64,000 bases of DNA from the human T2T-CHM13v2.0 reference genome, Homo sapiens, in the NCBI RefSeq assembly GCF_009914755.1, contig NC_060939.1. The stretch is one strand, 5' to 3'. Below the pieces are notes generated by a model. It was not told the origin of the DNA, did no database searches, and saw only the letters and a program-made list of their open reading frames with translations. A program made the position numbers and the translations under genes. Positions 1 to 15,205 of the stretch are shown here, one piece after another. How positions within the stretch are numbered: the stretch's first letter is position 1; each line of letters begins with the position of its first letter.

Positions 1-1187
1 AGGGCTGAAATGGTTATCTGCAAAGTAAGACGAAAGCTGAAGGCAGAATGCTTCTGCTTCCACCTAGAGTTTCCTGCTGTGGGTACTGCATGTACTTGGG
101 CTTGTAGTGAGGTGGGAGATGGGGAAAGTGCTGAGTCTTGTTTCTGAGTTCCGTGATGTTGCTCTGGTGTGAGGGAGGAAAGTGCTGGACTAGGCAGGGG
201 GTGGACATTCTAGCCTTGGTATTCCCACTCTCTGGTCCTTGCTGTCCCACCTGCAAAACATGGACTCTGAACTAAATGAGTGGCTCCTAAACGTCTATCC
301 CAGGATCAGTGTCTACCCGTGATGAAGGATTCATAAGTCATCAGGAAAATGGGAAAAACTGTTTTTTAGTACCCTTCCTATATTGATGATTAGTTTCATT
401 CCTGTGGTTGAAATTGTACTTGTTCTTGAACTTGTTCTGTAAGGCCTATTCTTGCCTACAGCTCACGCATTCCATGTACTAAGTAGTTTTGCCCAAATAT
501 CAGATAGGTGTTTTGGTTTAAAAAAATGCCTTAAAAAATGTTCTTACTGAAACCCGGATAGTCAATTCCCTTGCTGGTTGTGGTTATTCACCTCTTTCTT
601 TGTGGATAACTACCTCTGTGATTGAAGAGGAAAGGCACTTGATTTTAGAGTTTTTAGGCATCAGTTGCCCCTCCTTTTGTTTTTGTTCGAGAGAGAAACA
701 TGCATTGGCACCGGCACTGATAAGAATCACCTGGTGCCATCCTATTAAGGATGTGCAGCTGGAGGCTTGGTGCTCCAGACCCCGTTTCTCTGCTGCTCAT
801 CTGCCTTGAAAAGATGGAGGGTGGTAGGCAGGAGAACTGGGGTGTTCTAGAAGAATGAATTGAGAGCTGACCCAGTGTAAATGAGGCCCGCACCACGGAG
901 GTTTCTTCTAAGGAACAGCCTTTGGGAGTTTGCTTTTAAACGCCCTTCTCTCTGCTGACTCCTGAGTCCTGCTCTCTGGGTGGGGCCAGAGGTGGAAATT
1001 ATTCATGGTGGAGCCATTCCTTAAAATACTCATTTTCATGTCTTTGATGAGCTATTTGAAAGGTAAGTTGAATGCATTACTTTTTTTTTTTTTACACCTT
1101 ATATCTTCATAGTTTAGTTTCTAAAGTTATGACTTGGTTTTAGGAATTTTCAGAATCACTGCTAGGGTATAAAAATCTCCAGTTGTT

Positions 1188-1494
<307 letters not shown>

Positions 1495-1499
1495 TTAAA

Positions 1500-1590
1500 C
1501 AATTTTATAGTTGATACATAATGTACCTAGTTTCAGAATACATGTGATAATTTAATACATTCATGTAATTTATAAAGACCACATCAGTGA
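1500..1590 (-). mobile_element. Short L1MA-type 3' end fragment
   Basis: ttgatacataatgtac...tacatgtgataatttaatacattcat resembles the antisense 3' terminus of L1MA. Confidence 0.5.
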
Positions 1591-2599
1591 AAATTTCCAG
1601 AATTTGTTTTTGATGGGTACAAATAACTGAGCTGTAATGACTGAGGCATTGTGAGTCGATGAAATAGAGCTTTGGAGCTGATTCTGTAAAACCTCACCTC
1701 CACAATGATACTGTCTAAACCATCGAAGCCACAATTAATTCTCTGACCTCAGGCAGCTGACCCAGGTCACCAGGAGAATGAGCAACTGCTGTTCCCAGGC
1801 AACCACTTTGATGGTGCAGGGCAGGTGGAGCAATAGGGATACACAAATCCATGCTTTATTAGCTATGCAGATTTCACTGAAAGTCAGTGGGAGAAACCTT
1901 TGTAGGTCTGTCTGCAGCCTTCTCAAGCTCTCTCAATAATATAGTCTCTACCTGTTGTATATGGAATGCCAATTCCTCTTTTCATAACTTCAGTCTTTCC
2001 TATGGCACAAATCCCTTCTGAACTTCTTACTATGTCTTTCCCCAAGTGGAGCTACCTAGGCCTCTGCTAATACTATTTATTGCATTTGCAGTTTCTTGTG
2101 AGATTTTATTAAAATGAGCTGTTCCCAGGGTAACCAGGAATGGTAAGTTCGCTGGGCTGAACCCTGGTCCAAACAGATCCAATTCAAACTGGTTTATTGT
2201 TTTGCCTTAGGTTTTTGGCTTGCAGGAATACAAAACATTCTTCAGTTCTGCCAGTCTCTTTCCCCATTTGTCTGTCTATAAAAATTCATCAATGTGCACT
2301 TATTTTCTAAATATATTAACTTCATTTTAATGCTATTAACAAACCTTAGTATTTTGCGTATGTGTGTGTGTGCATAATAGATACCACTTCGCACTTCCTC
2401 ACATTTACACTTGTCTTTCCAAACATATATCCCTGTATAAAAGGAATTTCTAGGGTGTCTATTTTGGACTTCACTTCTTTTTCCCACATGGTACGCCTTG
2501 TTACTAAGATAAAATTCTAACAAAAAAACCTTTATTATGATATTTGTATTAAACTATGTTTAAAAATTGGTTGCTTCAATCCCTTTTCCTGAAGAGTAA

Positions 2600-3131
<532 letters not shown>

Positions 3132-3355
3132 TGATCTAGGAAAAGAGTCTCTGGCCAAATCCAATTTTTTCTTACAAATCTCAGTGGGCTTCAGAGAAAG
3201 GGGAATGCTGAGTCAGACAATATGCTATCCCTAATGTTCCCGAACCTCCCTGTAACCAGATCTTGCTGGCTCAGACCACCCAGTTTGTAACCCATGAGAC
3301 CTTGCACAGCATTCTCTCCCAGATGGAGCTTCTGCAATTTTTCAGAATGGCTTAA

Positions 3356-3760
<405 letters not shown>

Positions 3761-6700
3761 TCTTCTACCTTTTAAATAACCTTTCTGATTTTGTCTTTAT
3801 AATCCAGTGATTGAAAAAGAAGCTTCAGTATGGGGCTATTAGAATTTGAACTGAGAATCACTGCTGTAACACTACATTGGAAACTCGCTGTAATGTAACC
3901 TAAATGTACATTACAATGACCATTTCACACAACATGTCACCAATTCCTGTTTTAGTATCATCTTAAATTCGCATCTCTTTAAAATACCCAATGTGTTCCA
4001 AAATACAGTCGTCGTTTTCTCTTGGATACTGAGATCCTCCTTGCCTGGTCCAAGGGAATGCATGTTAACCTCTGCAGCATCATGGCTGATATCTTTGCGC
4101 AAACCCCTGCTTTCTTGCAGCAACAAAGTGACCCAGGCTCATCTTAATTTTTCTACCCCAGGACATGACATTGTATAACTCTTTAATATCTCTGGTTCTG
4201 TTTCAGAGAGAATATTAAAGATCAAACTCTGGCTCTAGGGATATATATTTATTACCCCCACTATGACCCATCACAGGCCAAGTCCAATTGGCCTGAGATT
4301 GGAGGAGATATTAGTATGATACCAGAAAAGAGGTTAAATCACCTTGATGACAGCATGATTTAATAATAGAATGAGACTTTATTATTTTTATGAGGAACAT
4401 GGCACTTATGGAACACCTACTGTATGTTCTTTCCATTCTCTGGTTTCATGGCACAATTTTCTAGGGTTTCTAAATCTTCTTTTGATTCTTCAAGTTGCAT
4501 AAACAGCTGTGGATGCATATTGATGACTGGACAATGATAGAGTTTCCAGTGATTTATATAGCCTGCCTTGGCTCAAGTCAGTCAGTTAATCTGTCTGTTT
4601 CTCTGGCACTTCCTCTCACTGTGGGCCATCACAAACTGCTTCTCTTAGATAACATGCTTCCTTCTTCAGGCTTCTGAAGATCATTCCCAGTCAGCAGTGG
4701 TCTGTCTCAGTGGAAAGAGCAGAAATCAGCAGCAACATTCTTTTCGGTGCCAAGTTGTCACATTACATTAATGGTAACCACCAAACTTGCTGCAAATGGA
4801 TTGAATTATTATTTTTTTTCTTCACTGGAGGAGGCAAACATCAACACAACTGATACTAATTTTATTAATTTTGTGGAGTTGTTTTTTTTCAAATTGTGAA
4901 CCATACTTGGTGTTTTTGAGCTGGCCGCTCCCCCTCCTCTCGCAGGAGCTCTGCAGGTGCTACTTTTAATACGCCTTCTTTCTTTGCTGCAAAGCCTGCC
5001 ACAGTGTCTTGCAGCTCAAGGGAAGTCAGGTTTTACTGTCAGCCCCAGTCGGTTATCCTCCCATTGTCAGTGTGATAAATTTGCTCCCCGCACAATGGGA
5101 GAAAATAGATCAGATGGTGCTCGCTCTGTCCGGGTCCCAGCTTCCATTCATAGATCAGCAAAGGAGTTTTTTTGTTTAACTTTTATTTTTCCAGTTGTCA
5201 GAAAAGCTAGTGGATGAGAAGAATGCTTGGACCTAAGCTAGCCTCTGAAAGGTGGGCTTTGGAAAGCAGCCATGCGAAAAGCACTGTCCAAGCATTAGAC
5301 AACTCAAAACAACTCTGAGACACACTAGTCCTGCAGATACAGAGAGAAAGGTAGAATGCAATTCTAAGAATGCAGAATGAATGCTGAGGCGTACCCTTAA
5401 GTTCTGGGGGTCTGCAAAGCACAGAAACCGGAGTGAGAACATAAGATCAGAGCTGACTAATTCCAGAGGGAGGTGACCAAGTAGTAAGGGAAGCAATAGT
5501 GCAAGTCCCTTTCCCCAGTCTGCTTTGTGCTTTGCCATTAACTGCATCTTTTCCCAGGCCCTGCAGCATCCACACCAGTGGGGAGGGAGGTCTAGAATGC
5601 ATGGGGGGCAGTTCAGGAAGTGTCCAGCTGACCTTTGATGTGGTAAAGACAGGTGGATCTGGGGTTGACAATGGTGGGCTGGAAACTCTTCTTCTGAGAA
5701 GCTTATCTACAGTCTTCACCACACATAGATTTTGTAGTAGGGATTTGTGTCTTTCTATCTATCATATATATAGAAGCAAAGCTGAGAGAGAAGCAGAGAG
5801 AGTCAAACATTAGTCCTAAAGTTAGCAAAGGCAAGCAATCATGTTTGTTCTTTGCTTCTTTGGAGTTCCGGAGAAATATTAAAAGGAAAGTCAATCACTG
5901 GTCCAAAAGGATGCTTCCGAGAACACAGAAGTGCTTGCCGACTGCATGCATCATACATGAAGGGTCCTATGTGGCTAAGTCCTGGAGGGGTGACTGTCAA
6001 GCCTGACTGTGCATTTGAATTACCTGGGAGCTCAGACCTCACCATAGGCCCACCAAATTGGAATCTTATGAAAATGACCCAGCTTTTATGTTGTTTTTTT
6101 TTTTTCTTCTTTTGTATTCATTTTTAAATCTCCACTAGTTATTCCGGTCTATAGCTGGGATTGAGGGCCACTTTTCTAGAATGAAATCATGAGAGGTTCA
6201 GAAGAATGATGTCATTGCCTTCAGAACAGCCCCTGGTCCGTGGACAGGTGCTAAGTATTAGGAGCATCCGTTCTGTCTATCCCCAGGCCCACATACACAG
6301 GACCCTGGAGAATCAGCCTCTCCACCCAAGGCTACTTCATATACTTCAAGAAAAAGGCAAGATCGCTGTTTGTTTTGCTGGGTAATATAAACTTGGCCCC
6401 ATGCTCATTATGTGGATATAGAGAGAACAAGAAGAATCGATCTCCAACTAGGAAAATCATAGTTGAGACCAGTACAAAAAAGATAGAGAGATTTAAAAAA
6501 ATAAAGGTTGGTTGTTACAGGACATCCAAGGGGGAAAAAACCCCATGTAAGTTGAAGAACTGCAGGAAAGGGGGAGGAGGATCAGATAACAAAATAGAAT
6601 CCAGTTGACCTTCTGCTTTATAGCTTGTGTGGGTAAAGGTGTTACACACAGTAGTAGTCAGCAGGGTTTTATGATAAAAAACTTACTCCTATTTTGTTAT

Positions 6701-8439
6701 CTATAAATCCTCAGGATGAACAGTGAGTTTTTTTATAGAGAAACAGTAGATTAGAAACAGTGTTCAAATTTTCACGTCAAGGTAATCGGACTTTTTGAAT
6801 GTTAGACTCTTTGTTGGAAATACTCATTATGCTACATTTGGTGAATGGAAATAATTGGGCAGAGCTCTTAATATTGACCCTTTGTGGTCACTGGTCCACT
6901 GTTTCATCTGAAGCCTGATGAGGAGGAGGAGTATGGGTGGTTCAAATAGAAACCAGAGCAGTGACTAGAAAACAAATTTGGCTGACAGGCTCCTTTTATG
7001 CAAAGAATAAATTTGGCAACATCAGATTCTTAAATCTATTAGCTACAGGAGAAGGTGGTGGGAATAATTCGGAAAAAAAAAATTGCCTCACCTCTTTCCA
7101 AAGCATACTTGTCATCAATCTAAATGTCATTAATACGCTGACAAATATCTGGCGATTTGCTCTTTTAAAAGACACCATAATAAGAAACATGTGTTAGGGT
7201 TGCCATTTTGGTCACTGTTCTCTCCATGGCATCTGTGTTCAAAGAAAAGCACAGATGTATACAGGATGACCCTGCCCAATTTGGAGGCATACCAGTGACC
7301 ACCTTTTCCCCCTCAATGGAAAATGCTCATCTGTCTGTTTGAGAAGCAGTGTTTGAAAAGTATCAGGACTAGTGGGAAACTCAGTCATTTAATTTGTTCC
7401 CCAACCATTATGGATTGGGACAAAAGGGGAGGAAAATGGTTGCAGAAATCTACATCGATTCTCATAGGGCAAAGGCTCTTATTTTTAAAGTCTTGGAAGG
7501 CAGGAGGTTCCCCAGTTGTCTTCAGTTGCACATTTGGAGTTTAAGTCTGCACCATCCAGGGGATCTTCCTACGGCTTTAGGTGCCCACAGGAAAGAATCA
7601 ACTCTAGGTTACCATAGCATCTCGTTTGCAGTCTCCAACCCATCTGAGCCATCTCGCAGATTATACCTATTCCATGTGCTAAACTTGTGCAAAGCAGAAT
7701 CTAAGTTGGTGTTTTCCTGAAAGAGACTACTTTACTGGGGTACAGGTTCTTGCTGCAAATGATGCCTGTGACTGAGAATTTACACCTTCTCAAATTAGGC
7801 TCTGGCCTTTCATCCTTTTGTTCTGAAATACTTCCATGTGGCAGTGAAACTAATGACATGAACAAAAAGGAGATTGCGCCACCTTCTCATCCAGGAAAAA
7901 TAATTCTAGGCACTTCCAAGAGAGAGGGTTAGCTGGATTCAGTAAATTATAAACCATGGGAATGGTAAATTTGACATTCAGTAGTGGGCGGAGGGGGATG
8001 GATTGTTTGATTTTGCCTCTGTTTTCCTTGCTTAGTGGCAAAGTTTATGTATTTAAAAAATCAAAGGAGTGCCTTTCTGTGCACTGCTTTTCAAGTATTC
8101 TTCTCTTTTGTCCTGTGATATGAGGAGACAGGAAGAAGGCAGTACTGTGGGTGTCGAAGGTGGGGCTCCCTGGAGTCAAGGTCACTCTACAAGAGCACAG
8201 CAGCAGACAGAGTGACTGCCATAGGTCCTTCTGCCACCAGATGCAGCCAACTTTCTTTTCTGGGGTAAGGGCTGTCCTATTGTGCATTGCAGCCTTTGAC
8301 ATTTGGTCCTGTCTTTTTAGTAAGGCAACTGCTAGCTGACCAAGTAAGACTGCCATGATCACTGAATTTGGGGGAAGTAGTACTTTCAGATGCTGTGCCT
8401 TCCTCCTGTTTTCTGAACTTCATTAAGATTCTATTTGAT

Positions 8440-8760
<321 letters not shown>

Positions 8761-9493
8761 TCAGTTTTCACTTTTCTCTCAAGATGCCCATGAAAGATGC
8801 CAGGGGTGTCGCCCCCTTTCAAGCATGTTTCTGTGAAGGACCTGTACTGCTCTGGCTGAGTTGGTCCAGGCCCACTTGGAAGATTTCTTAGGGGGGAAAA
8901 ACCTCTTCACAAAGTTCCCTGAAGTCAATGGCTCAGGCACCTCTGACTCTCGGCTTTAGATTCGTATTAATTACCCCATTATGAGTTGAAAATCAAGGTG
9001 TCAAAAGAACGATACCTTATGCTGTATAGTGCTTTATACTCCAAGGTTGAGAGCCACAGGAGGTAGAGAGAATCTTTGTTCAGCTCAGGAGAAGGAGGGT
9101 TTGGCAATTAGCCAGTTGAGGATTTAACTATCTGATCCAAAAAAGGTGGTGAAGAAACAAGTTAAGTGTCCCACACTGGGCTCTTTGGGGTTTCATACCA
9201 GTTTCAGGGAGTTAGGATGGCTACCTGTACTTAGCGAGCTCCTGTTGCCTCATTCTCTGGCTGTGACTCCTCATCACAGGCCATACTCATCTGTGCATGT
9301 GCCCCTCCTACCCCTGGGCTGTACTTTCTAATTCCCAGTCTACTACCACAAAATCCTTCATTAACTATTAATATCATTAAAGAAGAAAAAAATATCCGTG
9401 TTACCAGATGTTTACAATTCAAGGCCTGTTTGGAAAATGCCCCATCAGTTCCTTTGGTGTCATTTGAGCTGGAGAGGTGTTGTCTAGCCCTAT

Positions 9494-10019
9494 TGAGAGG
9501 TGAAGCCAGCTGGGCTTCTGGGTGGGATGGGGACTTGGAGAAATTTTATGTCTGCCTAAAGGATTGTAAATGCACCAATCAGCACTCTGTGTCTAGCTAA
9601 AGGATTGTAAACACACCAATCAGCACTCTGTAAAATGGACCAATCAGCACTCTGTAAAATGGACCTATCAGCAGGATGTGGGCAGGGCCAAATAAGGGAA
9701 TAAAAGCTGGCCACCCGAGCCAGCAGCGGCAACCTGCTGGTGTCCCCTTCCACGCAGTGGAAGCTTTGGTCTTTTGCTTTTCACGGTAAATCTTGCTGCT
9801 GCTCACTCTTTGGGTCCACACTACCTTTATGAGCTGTAACACTCACTGCGAGGGTCTGAAGCTTCATTCCTGAAGTCAGCGAGACCACCAACCCACCGGA
9901 AGGAGCAAACTCTGGACACCCCACCTTCAGGAGCTGTAGCACTCACCGCAAGGTCTGCGGCTTCATTCTTGAAGTCAGTGAGACCAAGAACCCACCAGAA
10001 GGAACCAGTTCCGGACACA
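9494..10019 (+). mobile_element. ERV9 solo LTR (LTR12 family, LTR12F-like), same orientation as RYR3
   Basis: Starts TGAGAGGTGAAGCCAGCTGG and ends CCGGACACA; 4-bp TSD CTAT (9490-9493, 10020-10023); tandem CCAATCAGC repeats; duplicated gagctgtaacactcac...gaagtcag units. Confidence 0.93.
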
Positions 10020-10699
10020 CTATCTGTCCACCCCTCCTGGAAGAGCAGTCTGCTTGAGTAGGATCTTTGGAGTTTGGCCAGCTAAGGGAGTGATCTGCTA
10101 GCCTATAGCAGTAGGGCAGGGTAGACCTAGAATCTAACAGCTGTGTGAGGCAGCCTTGAGAAGCAGGGAATGCACCAAGTCCCCAAAAACAAGAACGGGA
10201 TTTAAAGTGAAGAGGGACAGTCAGAGGAGCCACTGGGTTTGGGACCCAACTGCAACGAATCCCTGCAGCAGGAGATGTTTACTTTGGAGTCTGGAGCTGA
10301 GCCTGAGGGAGCTATGGGGAAGGGAGTCAGGTATCGTCAATAAAGGCTGCCTCTCTAGCGTTTCCGTGTAACACCAAGGGTAAAGAAAGACTCTGGAGTC
10401 AGTGTCTTAAAAGCAATGATGCTAGATATGTGTCCCCATCTGCCTTTCAGGTAGGTAAAGTCGTTTCCTGAGGATCCTGGCAAAGTAATCGTACCCACAA
10501 GCAACTGAAGGTACAGGGAATAGGCAAAATACTTTTAAAATGCTCGATTTCATTAAACACACGTACCATGTTGTTGCACTACCCCCCTACACACACATAC
10601 ACACACTATCCTTTTCCCCAAAATGCTGATATAGTAATAGTGTTAAAGAAAATTTAGAAAAGGAAAAATTCAGTGGTTCGGCAGCCAGCCAAATGGCTA

Positions 10700-12240
10700 T
10701 TTCATTTTCATAGGTTTCCTTATTCTTGCCTATATGTAATACTTGAAGGTATTTTGTTTTCTGCTTTTCCCACGGTGGCATATCACAAATGTTTTTCTGT
10801 GTTTCCACATAACCTCTGTAATTGCCTTCTTTAATAGGTAAAGCATAGAACATCCTCAAGAAGCCTCATAATTTACTAGGTAATATTTTTCTTTGGGACA
10901 GTTAGGTTCTTTCCAGGTTTTTTGTTTTGTTGCGCCTATTATAATGCTCTTATCACAGCTGGGTGCACACTTTTCTTTGCTTGTCTTGAATTGCTCCCAG
11001 AAGCAGAATCACTACAGAAAAGGTTATGGACTTCCTTATGGCCCTTTTCATATACTTCCATATTGCTTTGCAAAAGGGTTGTATTCCGTACCACCTTGCC
11101 TGGAATCTCATCAGCTAAATTGCAACTCTGATAGCATTAAGCTTTTTTTTCCCCACTTTTGCAAATTTTGCAGATGTAAAATGATATATCAAAGTTGCTT
11201 CAAGTGTCATTCCTTTCATTACTAGAAAAGATAGAATCTCTTCCATATGTTTGAATTTTCTTCTAATATGCGTCATTTATTCATATTCTTTGCCGACTTC
11301 TATGAGGCTTAGTTTTTTTCCCTACATTTCAACGAGATAGTAACCCTTTTGTCATAGTGTTACAAAGTCTTTCTGTAGTCTATTAAATGTTGGTGTTTCC
11401 ATTGTTCTGAATTTCAGTAATTTTGGTACAATCGTATCTGTCTTCTATTGCCTTTGAGTATATCTGATGCATCAAAGCATGGATAAATATTAGGTCTGTG
11501 AAGAATGTAGACTCTTCCGTTGCATGCTAGTTGTTTTAGAATTTAATTTTAAAATGAAATATTTAATTATGTTATCCATCTGTAACTTATCTTTTTATGT
11601 TTCCTGTGGATCTTACTGAAAGCTTTTCTCATTTGCCATCCGCATCTCACAGAGACTTGTGCTTAATAACCCCGCCTTTCTCCTGTTGTACTGAAATCTG
11701 CTTTGTCATATGCTACACTTTCATATAGTCAGACCTGTTTATGGACTGTCTGTATTGTGCCACACTTTTCTCTTTGAATCAGAGTATCAGAGTGAATTAA
11801 TGAACTTGGCTTCATAACATTTACTAAAACCTTGGTTCTTTTCAGAATAAAAAATCCTTACTGTTTATATTGCCAGATTAGTTTTGTAGCAATTTGTGAA
11901 ATTGCAAAATATCGCACTAGAATTGTAATTAAAACTGTATTAAATCTGTCAGTTAAATTTAGGGGAATAAGCAGTTACAAATATTAATGTTCTCATCCTG
12001 TAACAAAGTACACCTTTCCATTTCATCAAATCAAATCTTATTTTATACAATGAGGTTTTGTAGTTTGATTTTAAAGGTTGCCTTCACCTAAGCAGATTTC
12101 TAAAAATTTAACATTTTGTGGAAATCATGAGTAGAATCTTTCATTATGCTTTCTAACTGAATATACTGGGTGACTTGCTTTTGTTTATTTCTACTGTTAA
12201 GTATTATTGTTTTCTACTTATAAGGCATCATTACTATTTA
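10700..12240 (-). mobile_element. Old L1M(E) fragment, antisense, highly diverged
   Basis: T-rich sequence with antisense L1 3' region hallmarks (cagttaggttctttccagg, ttgctcccagaagcagaatcact, ccatattgctttgcaaaagggttgta). Boundaries approximate. Confidence 0.6.
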
Positions 12241-13019
12241 GTTGTCACTTGTATCAAAGGAAATGCAAACCTCCCAGGCAATGTAAAAGGGCTCTAGCCT
12301 GTTCAGGAAATATTGTTCTGTGAGCTTCCAGAAAGACTTCTTTCTTCTGTAGCCTAAAAGAGGGGAACTGAAGTGAGGTGTGAAAGGAAGAGAAAATTAA
12401 AGTGCACATCCATGCTTGGAAAATGACTTCATCCCCTACAAGACCTCCTAGGAATATAACCTTCCAAACAAACTCAGCAAGGAGCCTTCCTGAGGCCTTG
12501 GAAGATTTCTTATTGCCTGGGACTCCCAAAGTGGAATTTAGGGTTCGAGATGTTAAAGGAAGTTAGTTTGGAGCTCTAACAGTATTGAAACATTTGTGTG
12601 TGGCTGGATAGAAGCATAGTCCCCTCCCCTCCTTAGTTGCCGTATCTGGTTTATCTGACTGGGAAGAAATATCCTCTGGGAACTACTAGAAGAAACGTCA
12701 GTAATGGAAATTAATTCTGAAATTACGGGCACGAGGATTGAGTTAATGAGCTAGTGGAACATTTTTCCTCTGGACATGGCATCAGGGCCTTTTACCAGCA
12801 TTTCCCTGATCCACCCCCATCCTGCGAGATGGAACCAAATATTTTCCTTCTGCCAATGGTAATAGCCAAGGTCACTCGTGGCAGGGACAGGACTGCCATC
12901 CTGATAAATCTTCCCAGTCTTGAGGTCTGGACCTCCTTTGTGAGCAGACCCACACAATCTTCTATGTAGCATATCACACCTTTCCTGGAATGTTATTCCA
13001 GAATTAGTATCAAACAATG

Positions 13020-13160
13020 AAAAGAGTAGAATTTGTAGTTAGACCTAAGTTCAAATCCAAACACGTTGCTGACAAGCTCGTCATGGGAATGTTTATTAAA
13101 TTCTCTATGCCTTTTTTTTTTCCATCTGTAAGATGAAACCAAAACACCACCTCCCCTAAT
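13020..13160 (+). mobile_element. MIR fragment
   Basis: agacctaagttcaaatcc ... ccatctgtaagatg MIR core. Confidence 0.65.
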
Positions 13161-13603
13161 TACTTACTCATTCAGGAAATATTTAATGCATGCCTCCTAT
13201 GGTGCCGGGCACTGACATGGGCATGGCAGAGGATACAACATGGTCATGGAGCTTATATTCTAGGGGGAGAGAGAATAAATTCATATTAAAAATAATACCA
13301 CAGAAGATAATAAAGCAGAAAATGTGACAGAGTAAGGATGATTGTTCTTTTAGAAGACTTGACCAGAGAAGAATTCTCTCATAAGATGTTTGAGCACAGA
13401 ACTGAATAAAGGGTGGAAATTAACCATGAGAATATTGGAAGAGCATTTCAGACAGAGGGAAACGTGTGCAGAAGCTTTGTGGTGGGAGCATGCGTGTCTG
13501 AAAAACAGAGGAAAACCAGTATGATTGGAGCAGAGGATGTGATGGAGAGCGTGCTGCTGGCAGGTGAAGTTAGAGAGGTATGAGGGAACCAGGTCATACA
13601 GGG

Positions 13604-14146
<543 letters not shown>

Positions 14147-14589
14147 GCCTTAGAGGCCACAGTGAGGACTTTGTACTTGTATTTTAAGTATGGTGGGAAG
14201 CCATTGTGGGTTTTTGAGCAAGAAAGTAACATGATGTGATTGACAGTTTTTAAAGGATGTCTCTGGCTGCCGTGACTGAAAGGAGGAAGGGCAGAGCAGG
14301 GAGCACAGTTGGAAGGTCGGTGATTAACAAAACCCTGGTGAGACCTGGTGGCAATAGAATGGACTAGACTGGCAGGCGCAAGGTGCTGAGTAGTGGGATA
14401 CAGAGTATCTTTTGGAGGTGGCACCGAAAGATGCTTTGAACTAATGGGGGAGTATGAGAAGAAGAAAGGAGTGAAGGATGACACCAAGATTTCTGGTCTG
14501 CTCACCCCTCGTAATGCTTTCATGGAAACGGAATGAGACTATTTTTTTTTCTACTTCTGTGGCTTGACCGTCCCATTTCTTCCACCATT

Positions 14590-15000
14590 TTGCAGTCAGG
14601 GTTTCCTTTCTAAGGTACAATTTTGATTGTGACACTGTCCTTTCAAAAATCTACTCCAGTATCCTGTTAGCTGTGGAACAAAGTCCATCCACTGAGCCAG
14701 TCAGTCTGAGCCCTCCATAATCTGGCCACCCCTCACCTACATCCTGTGTCATGTCCTTTTACTCCTGTTCATCCACCCCACCACAAACCAGCGAATGGTC
14801 TGCAAGTCCCCATATGTGCTTTATTCTTTCCACTTCCAGACCTTTGCCCACATGTGCTCCTCTCTTACTATGGAGGTGTGTCAACAGTCCTACCAGAATG
14901 TTGTGGCCTACTTTTACAATAAGGTCATTGCATGATACCTCTTTATCCTCCTAGTCTATTTCAATACTCTCTGCCTTCACCTATTTTAATAGGTGTTTCC
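14590..15000 (+). mobile_element. L2 fragment, sense
   Basis: cctttctaaggtacaattttgattgtgacact ... aaagtcca ... gccctccataatctggcc resembles L2 consensus. Confidence 0.55.
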
Positions 15001-15061
15001 ATTTGTAACATCATTTTTATACACAAATCTCATCCCCCATCATCAAACTTCAGAAAAGGAG

Positions 15062-15205
15062 ACAGTATAGCACATAGTTAAGTGCCCTCACTTTTGTTAA
15101 ATCCTGACTGTGAACTTGGAACTTATATGACTTTGAGCAAGCTACTTAATCTCTGTAAACCTCAGTAGTGTGTGCCCAATGGTAGTAATCACCATGATGA
15201 TAATT
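15062..15205 (+). mobile_element. MIR fragment
   Basis: acagtatagcacatagttaag ... gactttgagcaagctacttaatctctgtaaacctcagt. Confidence 0.7.

Noticed and set aside
4946-4956. 11-nt microexon-like cag|GAGCTCTGCAG|gtgcta
   Set aside because: The donor is weak, the length is not a multiple of 3, and it does not resemble RyR paralog sequence.
9560-9675. Short repeated units that superficially resemble a CRISPR array
   Set aside because: These are LTR12 U3 enhancer repeats with no unique spacers, in eukaryotic DNA with no cas genes.
9556-10233. Minus-strand ORFs with repeated SILQSADW / IGPFYRVL peptides
   Set aside because: Artefacts of the LTR12 CCAAT tandem repeats.
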